This document shows, in pieces, positions 27,288 through 40,968 of a DNA stretch of 64,000 bases. The position numbers and the translations under genes are program-made. The notes under the pieces were generated by a model that made no database searches, was not told the origin of the DNA, and saw only the letters and a list, made by a program, of their open reading frames with translations. How positions within the stretch are numbered: the first letter of the stretch is position 1; each line of letters opens with the position of its first letter. The stretch lies in assembly GCA_976226885.1 (NCBI GenBank), contig OZ320313.1:58094001-58158000 (forward strand). Reading direction: 5' to 3'. This stretch comes from Iphione sp. A-MEVVRFRX5. Its lineage: Eukaryota.

Positions 27288-28674
27288 CTGATATGAATTA
27301 ATACTCCTTTCCTCTTTTTAACAATTAAGTTCGCCTGCAGTGATGTGATAAATTCCGAGGAACGGCTGTCTTTATCGTAGTGGAATTCATCATTCGCCTA
27401 CGAGTGCCTCCTGCATATAATGCTGACTGTGTGCATAAGTAGGGCTGTAGCCTAGGTAAAATTGTTGATCAATTCCTGATTTATCTATGTGTAACCTACA
27501 CAGATTAATATCCCTGCAATTAATGCAATAAACCTGTACGCCAATATTGATTCTGCTCTTACTGCCAAATATGAAGTGAAGGGCATATGTGCAGATTTCT
27601 ATAAAACATGGCACTGCGTTCCATAATTAACATCACGTCCGCAAAGAAAGCATTTATTACTGAATCAATTTTACACGAGTTTAATGAAGTTTAATGTGGC
27701 TTTCTGCTAAAGTCTATCACAGTGAATATACAGGTAATAGATTGTTAACATATGTTCAAATCATTGTTCACCTTTCACAACAAGGACTTCGAGGAGTTGC
27801 TATCCTCACTTAAGACTATATGTATAGGGCCCCAAGATCACTTGACATGGATCATTCAAGATGTCGTTTTGGTAACAGCCAAGTTGAGTAATTTATTGTT
27901 CCACAATACTACCATCAGATCCAATTGATTCAACCACAGAATACAGGTGCAATTAACGTAAAACCTTTATGCGCTCAGTCTAACGACCTCACGGAATAAT
28001 CAATTGGACTATCGATAACATGATTACGACAGGCCATTGTTAATGATCCCCTTCCCTAATAAGTGGGTACTTGCGTACGTGTATGTGTCGCCTCATCATG
28101 GTGAATGAATTTCGGAGACAGAATAAATTAAGATTAAGCCCCAACCATTCCCTAATCGTCTATGGGTTATATGAAATAGATACAATTCAGATACATGCCC
28201 TTTTAAAAAAGAGGGTTAACAATATTCCCTGCTCTAGTGATCATACTGATGGGAAGTATGGTAGTGCATTTCTACAATAAACTTTCGTTTCATTCCACTC
28301 CCCGTGAAACTGTATACCGGGCAAAAGCATGCGTCAAGACCACCAAAGAACATGTTTCCCTCACCAGCATGGGCGCTAAATCCGACCTTCTTGTACGCCG
28401 CACCACCACCAGAGGACGCTACGCTGTATACAGCCGGTAGAGGGCGGTGGTGCAGGTTAATGGCGGGGTGGACCGAGGGGCCGCCGATTGATGGAAGTGC
28501 CGGCCCCTGACTCTCGGGGTCACGGCGACGTTTTATTTCGACATCAGTCTTGATCTTAAGTCGTCTTTCCCTAGCCATGCATGAAATACCAATCTCTCTC
28601 TGCGGGACCCCGCCCTGGACTCTTTATCCCACACCACTGCTAGACAGCAATGGCTTCCAGGGTAGGGGGGATCG

Positions 28675-28695
28675 CTGCTGCTGCTGCTGCTGCTG
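28675..28695. repeat. (CTG)7 trinucleotide repeat in a GC-rich island
   Basis: Read directly from sequence. Confidence 0.95.
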
Positions 28696-29843
28696 CGTCA
28701 GGCGGCTTAGTCTGCAGGAAAGACCAGCAGTACTAAGCAATGAGTGTCGCCGCGCCCTCCGTGTAACCGCTTTTGTGGGACTTTCGTTTTACGGCAGCCA
28801 TTTTGACAATATTAGTTTTAGTGCACTGCCGTGTACTTTATGCTCTTTCCATCTCTGGAGCGCCTGCATGTGCCACCCGGGCTCATCGCTGGGATATTTT
28901 AGCCACACAACAGTCCCGCCAGTATAGAGGAATGATTGGAATCTGAAGGTCAGAAGTGGTGGCTAGGGAGGTCTGACTGAACGATGAGAAGCGTAGATAA
29001 AGGAGGACACCGACTCATCTCACAATCGGCATCTCTCTTCATCTAGTCACGTCATATTAAGGAAATCGCAGGTTTTATGAGTGGCTTCTTAAAAAATCAA
29101 TCACGTAAAAGGTTGACTGTGAATGGGGACGAAGAACAAAAATGACGAAAAGTAAACACAGCATCTCTTCCGGCGCCACAAACATGATGGATTCGTCACA
29201 AGCGGTTTTATGCTTGGGTCTGATTAAAACGGCGACCTGTATTCACTGGACAGACTGTTGCAATGCATGCGTAAGGGCGTTTAATTTTTTTTTAAATAAG
29301 GAGTCTGGATTAGAAGAGAGATAATTCATGTAGTATGCCTCTTCATCGAAATCTCTCATTGTCAAGTTGTCTTTGGCTTAAATCAGCCAGGGTAATTGTT
29401 GCTGATTATTATACTTTGCATCTTATCGTGTTAATTCATATCGGCTTCAAGCAGCAACTAAAAAAGAGAAATGTGATGAGTCCTACTAGCATTTCACACT
29501 AGATCATGTTTTTCCGTACTATTCTCTGTGATAACATCGTACCATTTCTGCTAGTTGCAATACGGCTTATTTACATATAAGGTGCGTTCTGGGTGTCTTA
29601 TACACCACGTCACATAGAGCTGTAAAACATGGAGGTAATAATGGGAAGTCTCAGTGGAGTATCGATACGGCCTCCTCCCGACCCATTCCATCAAATTTGT
29701 TTATTATTGTCTGAATCGATCGTCCTATAGCTGTTACCCGATGAATGGTGCCGAGGGAATTAAGACACTCATTCAGAGTAGACTGGCTAGCTCTCATAAT
29801 CCATCGACGCCCATGAAACGAAAGTACTGTGAGAGGGACTCAC

Positions 29844-29996
29844 CACTTGGAAGACGAGGACAGTGCCGTAGCCGATGTCGTAGATGCTGCTATTGCTGAC
29901 GAAGTTAGACAGAAGCTCCTCCGCCGAAGTCGTCTTATCCATCTCAATCCGCACTTTGTCGCTCCCCGGATCTCCATCACGTATTTCCACTTCTCC
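29844..29996 (-). CDS. Candidate internal coding exon (GEVEIRDGDPGSDKVRIEMDKTTSAEELLSNFVSNSSIYDIGYGTVLVFQV), unidentified gene
   Basis: 153 nt, phase 0-0, open. Acceptor ttgctttgctctgatag, donor GTG|gtgagt. GC3-rich codon pattern amid AT-rich flanks. Confidence 0.55.
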
Positions 29997-31318
29997 CTAT
30001 CAGAGCAAAGCAACATATTGGTAAATGTGCGCCCATTGTGGACGTCGGATGACTCGAGGCGCCATGTGCAAATAATCCACTTATCCATTTTGTATAATCA
30101 TCAGAATTGTGTTAAGTAGCTTACAGATACGACATGCGATATTTGAAATTAGATATACATACTTTATTGGAAAAGTCTGTGCACAGAGTGAAATTGCTTC
30201 AGAAACGATGAAGCTTGCATTATTACGCTCAAAAAATTCCCTTTCCCTCGCGAATTTATAAAAGACCGACTCGCTATATTGAATTTTCCTCTTTGTCATG
30301 TTATTGATAAGCATAGATGGAAACTTCTTATTTGTAAAACATTTATTGTTGAAACTATATACATATATTTCAACCGTATGTACGTCATTATGTCTTCGTA
30401 CATGTATACATAATGACGAAAATCTGCGTTTTGCACTAAACTCTTAAGGTTTATCCCTGATATTCTTCCAGTATGATTTAAATACTTAGCCAGAGACTTA
30501 TACAGGGTACCAAAGGCTGTTCTGAACAAGATAAATTGTATCTTCTATCTGTACATCTATTGTTGGCGTTTCCACTCTCTTGCCATGCGTCATGCAGTTT
30601 AACTACAGTTTAAACCATCCCCAATCACAACTGAACGATGTGCTGATCAAGTCAAGAGTCCACCGAGGTAAAGCCGAGGTGGCTTTCATGCCCCACCCAC
30701 CCCAACAACCCAGTCCAGAAGGACCCCTACCACTACCACACCATCTCCTAGTCAGAAGAGCCACCTTTTGTACAGAGACAGAGAGGGAAGACTGAGTAGG
30801 CCGTACATTAAAGATACATTCACTTTATGTTTTTGTGCATTTCACATGGTCAATTAGGTACTGCTCTGTATAAATATGTCAGGAAAAAATAATGCTCGAA
30901 AAAACATAAACCTATGTTAACCAACGCCTTATTGTGGGGTTCCTGTTTGATCACATCGGGGGACCCAGCCTTCTTCACTGGGTCGGCCAGCAACAATGCC
31001 TCCTGGTATGCTAACTGTGAATCCTTCTAGACAAATTCTAACCACAATACACTTCACTGAATCATTGCATTTTAACATAAGGGTCGTACAAAATTTACAA
31101 ACACTTGAATGTTGTCAGCAGAGAATTGTAATTCGCACAAAAAGTAGAAGATATCGACATATAGTATTAGGCGTATGATCATGAAACCTTTTTCCTGTTC
31201 TAAGCAAGGAGGAGAAATACTGATGCTACTTCGTAGGAGCATCAGCAAAATACTCTCATAAAACATTTTCAAGTAGTTAAATAAACAACGATCAAGCTAC
31301 CTCGATCAAATTCCTCAC

Positions 31319-31369
31319 CGGAAAGCCTTCATGGAATCCAGCCAAGATTTTTGCTTTAGGACATATTAG
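31319..31369 (-). CDS. Candidate coding exon (LICPKAKILAGFHEGFP), phase-compatible with 29844-29996
   Basis: 51 nt. Acceptor gtcttttcag, donor CCG|gtgagg. Only phase 0 is open. Confidence 0.4.
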
Positions 31370-32329
31370 CTGAAAAGACTTCTAGCAACAACGTCAAAAA
31401 TCCCTCCTATAATGAGCACCGTGCTCTACAAACTCTATCCCACATGTCGGGCATGCAACCTGCTATCTCCCATGCCGGTACCTGCCGTTCGAAGCCTCGT
31501 GCTTGAGGTCACCTAGGTCATCGTCAGCGCCGTCTTGATCTGATATCGATTAGCGCTTGACCGACTTGTTTGGCACGTAGTGCACCCTGGTGGCGACTCG
31601 TGAGTGGCAGGTCTGTTTGGTTGGCTGCTCTGCTGGTGGTCTCAAGTTAGGACGACTGTACTACTTCACACTTCTTTACAGTCCTATTCAAGTGTTTTCA
31701 CGAGGTAGACTTCAAACGGCGACGCGCAACAACTAATGAAATTTGTTTGTGATGATTTGAATAGAGTGCTATCGACAAACTCGAAATTATGCTAGTTGTT
31801 ATTTCGTCTCGTGTTCAAGAGAGTTGCCAAGGCTTGTCCCTACTTGTAATCTAAGGTAGACGTAACAGCCTGTGTATAAAAGGTGCACAACTTGGGGACA
31901 ATCTGAGAAAGGAGATTAAAAGTGCTCTCATCGGCCTCTTCCTGAGGACAGCTGCAACGTGAAACCCTCTTTGATCACCAAAGGACAGAAGATAGTCCTC
32001 TTAAACATACTTCTTTTAATAAAGATTATCTTTGCAGAATGAATATATATATATATGCATCGCAAAATTCACATTTTGTAGCAGGAGGACAGCTAAGTGT
32101 ATTATGTCTGAGGAGACATGGGTGACACAGTAGGAATTTCAGACACTTGCTGAGGTCCTACTCGGGAGGAAGGGGAAGAGCACGCAAAGGTGTTACCCAA
32201 GAGACGACATTAGTGAGATACTGATAAAGCCCAATTTCCTCACGTGCATTTATATGCGTTACCCTGCATTAGCCCTCCATGTGCACTAACATTCATTAAC
32301 GTGTTTTGGCCTCATGCAGCCTCAATGGG

Positions 32330-32580
32330 GAGCAGTGTCCTTTGAACCGGCACTGAGGCTACATGAAAACAGGCAAAAATGCTGAAGGAAAGGAGAAAAA
32401 GAGATAAATCTGACGGTGAAAACTGGCAAATTTGATGTGAAAAAAAGATATATGGTCAATTTTGATGTTAAAATCACCCAAAACTGGTGAATTTTATGAG
32501 AAAAGGAAATGTAAAGGACAAATGTGTGGATTTGTGTGGAAAGGTGCATCAAAATGTGATTTACCTTTTGAAAACATGCT
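32330..32580 (+). repeat. Diverged copy of the same repeat family
   Basis: GTGTCCTTTGA followed by AACTGGCAAATTTGATG and AAAACTGGTGAATTTT subunits. Confidence 0.4.
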
Positions 32581-33037
32581 TTTAGCTGCCTACTACAAAG
32601 GATATATCCTCTATCCTACTGATGCATTGGTGTCCGTGTGTGTTGAATTATCAGGCAATGCTCATTAAATCACAATGCTCATAAATAAACAGGACAATGC
32701 AACAGACAGCCAACATAACAAAAGGAAACCAGGTCTCAAGGACAGGTGTTTTAAACATTGGAGGCTGCTCTGCATTCATGGTAGGAAACAGCGTACATTA
32801 GTACCATAACTGAGAGGTTTCTAGACCTGGAAACACAAACACATGTATGCACATGTACGTAGGAGATTTCTTCGAATCTCTCCCACGCAAACATATAAAT
32901 TGCCCGGCGCTCATAGTTGAAGAATGTTACATTGTCTCTCTCAATCTAAATTTACGTTGTCAAGGTTCTCTCGGTAATCACCCAAGGTGCCCTGTCGTCC
33001 TTCATAGGGATACATCCGCTCCATAAACATCTATATA

Positions 33038-33214
33038 CAGTGGTACCCATCTACTAAGGGCATCCTCTATGAAGGGCACCCCATATTACTTTAGGATGGA
33101 AACAGAACCAATTCCATAGAATCATGTTTAAGTACTCCTGCTGTAAAGGATATCCCTCTTTATGGACAGTTTTTCATCGGTCCCTTTGCTATCTGTAGTA
33201 GAGAGGTTCCACTG
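33038..33214. mobile_element. Tc1/mariner-pogo (Tigger-like) MITE
   Basis: Imperfect TIRs CAGTGGTACCCATCTACTA and the reverse complement of CAGTGGAACCTCTCTACTA, flanked by TA at 33036-33037 and 33215-33216; 177 bp; non-coding. Confidence 0.75.
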
Positions 33215-36200
33215 TACAATGGTAAAAGTTATGTTAAGCATGCGTATATCGAAAACAGGTTCGAGCTGCTCTAAGCAGTTGTGAATCCACACCTGTTTTA
33301 GGTATGAACTCTTCAGGGGCATATTTTGTGCCCTTCGCGACCTTGTCCACTCATATTGCTCTTTACAAGCTGCGGTCATTGAAGGGGGGATCCTTTATCA
33401 TGTGACTCACATCTTCGGCACGGCTTTGACCTCGAAAATACTAACAGGCGGTTGTTAGCTACCGTCGTAGAGCGCTGATCTAAATAGTAGAGAATTGTAT
33501 GTCATCGGTTATACTCTGATTCAATCCGTTCTGATCGTATGGACTCGGTAATAGATAAGAGGTGGTCAACTAGATGACGAGCCAATTAACCCAGCATCCA
33601 CCATGCATAATTAATGCATTGCATAATTTAAAAAAAAAGAATTTGCTTTATCGTGAATAAATTTCTTTTATGGAAATATGATAATTTCTTGTTTTCATAA
33701 TTAGCGACAAATCGGTAGTTAGTACTGGTATATTTTGACGGCAGTTATCTACGAACTACACGGTGCATCATTAGGTGATTCTAACGTCTTGTAAAACAGA
33801 CTATTACAGCCCGCTCACAATTAGCTCCATCGAAACGGTTGTGATGAATGGAGCTGTTACACTGTCTATGAAGCCTTAACAAAGCGTTCGTTAATATAAA
33901 AAGCCCCTGTATCCAGATATTTCATTGGTTCAGAAGGAACGTACTGTTAAGGATCCGTTTAGTCGCGGTTAGAGAGTACACATCATACTGAAAATCTTTT
34001 GGAAAAGCTAAAACTATAACAGCAGCACAGGCGACCACATACACCCTGGGCCAGAAACTTGTAATCCGATTTTAATGGAATAAATTTGACGGTCCGTTCC
34101 CAAAGATCGATAGGAAAATGACCCTTCTACTCAACCAATGTTCCTCTCGTCAGTTCCTCGCATGAGATTTTGTTAGGTTTTACCAATGTGGGGCCGAACA
34201 AAGTGTGCGTGTATAAGAGGCGGAATTTTGTCAATGCGACATATGAGAGCATTATATGCACGAGAACCATCGACGATGCCGGTGGTTTGTGATTTCTTCA
34301 GTCCTCTTTAGAATTATAACTGCAGAACAAAATTCTTTTGAAAGATTATTTTTGAATCAGCTTTTGTCAAACGTGCATGCTGGGGATGTTTAAGCACGAG
34401 GGCAAACAATGTCTGACATGAAAGGAAATCAATTTGGCACATCATGTTCGCATATCGAATTCAATGTAAAGGCGTCCTCATAAATTGGTGCTCGGTTCAG
34501 TTTTCAAAACTGAGAAGGAAGATCAGATCAATAAAATGACGGAAGGCAAACGATATATATTCTTGACGTTCACGTTGAACAATACAGCTTTATTGATGGG
34601 ACGTGGCATGCAATTGTATTATTCAAATTGGAAGACCATAGCAATGATGGCATAAAAAATATCTGCAAATGCATTCTATCCTGCAGATGCATATCCAATA
34701 AAGCCATCTGGGGCGGTTGTTTGTTATTTCACTTTGGGCAAGCATACTGTGGAAGTTGAGGCATAAATCTGGACCGTGATAAAACCATTGCTTCAACTGA
34801 GGGGCTTCACAGCAGCTGGCGTATAGGCTAGACCGTAATATTGATCAAGATGGGTGACGCCGCCTTAAAGAAGAAAGGAGGACGGAGGAGGGAGCCAGAA
34901 GCTCACTACCTCGTTTGAGCAGCTTTATCACGAGCACTGAGCCAGTGAACAAGAGGTCACTTGGTCTGCTACGACAGGGTGGAGAGATCCTGCATGGTTG
35001 TCATGGTGATTTGTCGCCGAACTGTGACCGCCCAACCCGAGCGTATCGTATCCACTGGAGTGCGTCCTGCTTGGTCCTGGTTGAATGGCTGTAGGAAATC
35101 TTCTTCAGCAAGGTTAGGACCCTAAGAACGATTTTCTAACAGACGTGAGATGATGCTGCTGAAGCTGTCGTCTCATACACACGCGTGTATAACTCTACCC
35201 CATACGAAATTGGGCAGAGTTCTACTTCATACATACGTGTACACCAGTCCTCGTTTACTCCCCGCGGTAGTAAACGATTCATCTCATTAGCTAAAGAAAG
35301 GTAAGGTACACGTAAAAGCCCTCTCCCCGCAACGCTCGTGTTAGTAGTGCATCTTGCAGCTCAGGTTTGACATTTAAGAAGCCCCGTCGTTTTCAACGTG
35401 TACCTCAGCAACAATGCTAGAGGGCCGGCAGTGCAGGTTATATGAGGTTGATAGAATGTTTAAGAGGACATTTTTGTAGATCTGTATCTAGACCAACGCG
35501 CATCTACATATATTGATGCGTACATGAATATGCGCGTTAAGTGCGATATGCGGCATACGAATCACAGGTCAAACGGTGTAAATATGCGATGAGCGTGATC
35601 AGATCCGCGGGCTGCCACACGTTTTTTTAAGGATTGCCCATCACTACTTTTCACATGGGCTACTTACAGTCTCTCTGTACATATGGATGTCGAGCTGACG
35701 TTGTATCAATAGGCTCCTTGTTATAATCTCTAACCAATTCCTCCGTAGGAGGATCGGTCGAAGCTTCTATAAGATTGCTCTCCTTCTTGCACGTGTGAAT
35801 CCTTCATCCTATAGACTTTTTTTCTGGATCAGCCATTATATCGAAGGCAATCGTAGGCAGCAAGGAGCTGACAGCCTCTTAAGATCGAAAGGCCAAGCCG
35901 AGCTCTATTGAACAGAAGTTAACACCTGTGCTTCGACTGTCGCCTTATTACCGTGGGAATCCTCTCTGCCCGTCCACTGGTTACAATCGGATCAATCGTG
36001 TAGGGCTGGTTGTTGTCCTTCACTGTGTCGGGTAAACAGCGTCGAGTGTGCCACGTCGATGAGCGCTGCCTCGGGAGGCGCCGAGTTCGCTGAAACGTTG
36101 ACAAGGCACTGAAGTGTATTAGCAGAGAAGTGAGCGTTGCCTGACAAGGTCATCACTATTTCCAGATCGGCTGTCTTACTTCTTAAAGCTATACATCGAT

Positions 36201-39200
36201 TTGAATACAGAGCATGCGGGTTCGCCGCACAGATGCTCTACCCCCTACCAGGCAGGAGCTAATAGTCTTAGTGACTGTTTACAGAAACCGTTCCAGTCAG
36301 GGCCCTTTTAAGCTTTGCCGCTGGAATTATGTCGATTATGACTTATAATAGCATGATCCACTCGTAGTCCCTCTCCCTCCTGCTGTACGCGTCGGCAGAA
36401 TAGATCCCATAATGTACTTAGTAATTAACAGTCCTCTATACAATAACACGCACCCCATATGGCTTCTGTGTGAGAGGCTACATGACTGAAGAAATCAACA
36501 GTTTTGGACCTCGACGCAAAATGATTGAGATGGCAGGAAGCAGAGCAGCAGCGTTTTGGGGCTACTGATGAAAGTACACTTTTGCTTGTCTCATATTTCT
36601 CTGATGATGTTTTGGCATGAAAGTACCGCATTCTTTGCAGACGGTCGGCAAATAATCTTAACTTTTCTTTGGTATATGCTATGCTGCCTCGTTTCGCTAC
36701 AAAGGCACCACTTCTACAAACCTTCCTGCGTTCCTTTTCTGGTATATGACCTGTTGAGTGGGCTCATAGAGAAGCCTCGTTAACATACTTGTGAACGTAC
36801 ATAGCACTAATGGCACACTTAGCTTTCCATTCTTCCTATATAAGAAAACCACAAGGCTCGGTATATTCTCAACTTGCACTTATATGGACCTAAAATGCTG
36901 TTCCTCACACACTGCCTAAAGTGTTCATCAGCGTTGCTTGTAACTCCTAATCAACGCTTCGTGAATGCAGTCTATGAAACAGTGACGGACTAACACAATT
37001 AGACGGAGGCTGAGCCGTAACATCCAAATCTACCGGTGACGACAGCTTGCCCGGGCCGCCAGATTTATGGATAGCAGCACATATGTCTGCCAACAATACC
37101 TCTCTGGGCGGAGCCCTATATTGCCGCTCTAATAGACTTTCACCGGCAATAAAATCACATAAGTACCTAGCAATGCCCCGCACCGCCCTGAAGGAGCGTG
37201 CCTCTGCCTGAACACCAAGGACATTCATGATATATATATATAGTGTAAACCACACATATATACATGTTTTGTGTACAACCTACCATTGTTATATAGAGAT
37301 AGCTAGTTTTTCCTTTCTCATTTTATTTTTACGATGATAATGGCATGGTATGCTTCTCTAATACATAGTTATTGAGCAGGCATTCGACAGTTTCCATGAG
37401 AGCCTCCAAGTCGTTGTCTTTAACCTATTGTCACATATTAAGTATATTATATATATATAGTTTCAAGTACATTTCTGAGTAAATTTTATTTCTACACATA
37501 CCCATGCCTCAAAGGCAGTCTGCAAAGTGATGGTGCTTTGCTATAAGCCGGGACGTTTCTACCGCGAAGACATTCTGCACTTCGACACTGTCAATGAACG
37601 CCTCTCCTCCCTGATCAAACATTTTCGTATATGACTTTTAGGTACTAAACCGTTGTTAGATTGAATAGTATTCTTAGGTACTGCCCCCTGCCACACACTC
37701 TCTACAAGAAGTAGGCTTTAGATATTTTTCTATTCCACGATACATTCTTATTACCTTTCTCAAATACCATTTACATAATTTCACGTTGGGTCCATACTCC
37801 AAAACTTTCCCTCGGTTACATCTTTGAGAATAAGGTTCCAACGCGAAAAATGGTTCGGTGCACCAGGCTAGCATCACATTATAGTAGTGTAGCCCTAGTC
37901 TTCTTAAGAAGCAGGTCTTTTAGGCAGGACTTAATCAAAGGTCATACGGGCAATATTCTAGAGGTAGTCATTTCCAAGTAGCCTACATGCACAGTTCCTC
38001 GCTGACAGGTTCTTAACCCCTTTTTCCCCTCTTGGGTATGAGCATCAGTGTCGACCAGTGTTCCTCGCTCCCGCGCCATCTCACGCTTTTAACCGCATGC
38101 ATCCGTCCTTGCTGACTCGTTTTTTTTTCAGAGCATTCCCGCGCCTCGCTATCTTTATTCAATTATTGGAAATGGGCTTATCTGATTTATCATCCGAGGT
38201 AATTGTTTGGCCGTCCTTTTCACATTTCTCGGTGGTAATCTGAGAAGATTCTATCAGCCACTGTCAGGCTGAATCTCTGCAAGCTCTCTCTGAGTTAATG
38301 AAATAGTTTAATCTGCTATTGGACGAAACAAATGACATTTGTCTTTCTAATTATCTATATAACGATGCTACGTTGGGCGCAAGTAAAGGAGTGTATTTAC
38401 AGTCTTAAAACGGTTAACATTTTCTCCGCACCGTTTATTAAATGTCTTACGTAGTTCAAGTATTTCAAGTAATTTCTTCAAGTATTGAAATGTCAATTAA
38501 CTAGGAAATAACAGGAAAACTCGCCTGTTTTGCCGATACAGGATGAAAAAGGGCGCCAAAGAAAATCCATTAATCTTGTGAACAGTGCAGATTAAAAGTA
38601 CTGTCTTGGAAATATCAAATGTAGAAACGTGCTAATCCTATAAAGTCATTTACACATCAGTGTTCCTCATTACATACGACATAAAAGATATTACAGACAA
38701 TAGTGATTGAGTTGTCAACCCTAAAAATACTTGACATTCCTGTCTTTCCGAACACCTATTTATTCCTATAACACCATACGTGTACTTTGAGTCCAAACCG
38801 ATTAAGGTAGAAATGCCTAATGTACGAGGTACGTGTAACCTGTAGCCTTTAACAGTTTTTGAACGAATGATGCCCCCTTTGGTACACAATACATATCGGC
38901 ATCTTGATCAGCGGTTCTTTTAAACTGACAACCCAAGCATCTACCTCTCTGATGTAAAACGTCGAACGAGCGAACGAGTGAGGCGTGACGGACAGTTTGC
39001 AACTTGCTAGAAACTGTGTGTTGCGTTTGATTTGTGATGACATCGATGTAAAGCCGTCATCTAAACACATACGTTCTTTGCTTCTCTGGACAAACATTAA
39101 TACAAAAGACGTGGGTCTAGACATTTTCTTATCATGAAGCTTTGCTCCAAGGCAGGTACTAGCTTTCCTTGGTTTGGATATACACACATGAAGATGATGT

Positions 39201-40968
39201 AACATATCAATATTTTGGATGACCCACAAAGGTTCGCCCTCAAAAGCCTCACAGAAGATGTGCCAATTTAGCAGACTGTCCTCCCAAACGTCGACACATT
39301 TTTCGATGCCATTTGCAAATGGCGGCGAAAGCTGCTTCTCGCATCAAGGAATAATCCCATCGGTGCCATATCCGGGGGGCTCAAGATAATCTATACTCTC
39401 TGGCCCACCCTAATCCCCGCTTGATGGATTTCGCTCGGCGGAAGGAGTAGATCGGCAACCTGACACCGAGTCGGCGAGCTTTCTGATCCCGGACCAGTAA
39501 CTTGGAGCTGAGAAGTGTCTGTCGCTGGCATACTACCCAGACTCTCAGTGCGCTCATGCATCTTTCTACAGAAAGTGCAGACGTTTCAGCTGAGCTGGTG
39601 TAATTTTTTTCAATGCGAACAGGAAATATCCAGAAGTAAGCTTTTAAAAAAAAACAGATTAAATGGAGAAATATTTGACCTTGAACCACCCAACCCTCAT
39701 TCCCACCCACTAACACCAAATGTATTTGATATAGACATGTATTCATTAATTTAGTTGCGGAATTGTCACCTTTAAACTTCTATATTCGAGCATCAGTTGG
39801 ATATCTGTAGGTTAGGTTAAAATTGTTTTCTTGCAAACAAGACGAAATAACATTTGGAATAAGGAGAGCAGTCCATTAATGTTGCTGCCGCTGTTAACAC
39901 TTAGACAAATCATACAGTGAAGGTAGCCCGATGACATTTGAATACAAAATGCATCAGGGAAAACTTCATGAGGTTTGCCGTTTGTCAGCTGAATTTGCAT
40001 CAATTTTGCTTCTTTCTGACCTAGTTCACAGGAAATTCACTGTTTGACCCCATCCCCTAATCTGCATCCACTGGACGAATAATGCCCGATAGGGCAACTC
40101 TATGGATATTAAACATCTTATTTATTTATTTATCCCCCCATTCACATTGGTCTTGCAGTTTGTTTGTCGAATGTGCTTGGATTTTGTTGTTTTTCCATTA
40201 AATTGACTGAAAATGTACATAAAAATACTGTGTTAACTGCCATGAAAACATCCAAATGCCCAAGAAAATATCGTCATAAAAAGACGTGTGCTGTGAAAAC
40301 ACACGTCTAAGGAAATTCAGCCTTGGGGACTCTTTAAAGCAAATAATTTTGAGGTAGAGTGAGGTTTTCTTGGAGAGAGAGACCCTTGACTTTGACTGTC
40401 AGCTCTACCTCAATGACTAGAGGTGCTGGCTTTCGATAAAATACTTTGCGTTGAAAACAGGCTCTACCACCCGCACTAATGCTACCTGTCCTGTACTACA
40501 ATGAGCCACCCATGCAGAGAACAACAAAGAGCTCACCATTCTTGTATATACATGTTTATTTATATAGTCTGTCTTTTCGCAATGCTCACAAGTATTCATA
40601 TGGTCTTCAAGGACTCGCCATATAAGATTGTTGTATGAGAGAAAAAAAGGTTTGTGTTCTCTTCTGGCAACGTCGTGTTACAAAACTAGACACCAAAATA
40701 AGATTTTATTATGAGGCAATGGATAGTTAATCTAAATCAATATTCTGAAGACTTATGGACTCCTAATAGTAAAAAAGAACTATCATTCATTAACCATATT
40801 TTAATTCTATACATAGGGAAGAGTGGTAATGGCGATCGAGGAGTGAGGACGTGTGTTGAGGCGGAGGCGCATGAAACAAGGATTAACTCGTTTCTCACGG
40901 CGGTAAGACACTACATAAGCACATCGTCACAACTGTAAGTACTCATAGCATTTGCAGTGATTACTTTT

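Noticed and set aside
28775-28788. GTGGGACTTTCGTT, matching part of the miR-278 mature sequence as I recall it
   Set aside because: The seed region differs (TTTTGTGGG rather than TCGGTGGG) and there is no complementary arm for a pre-miRNA hairpin.
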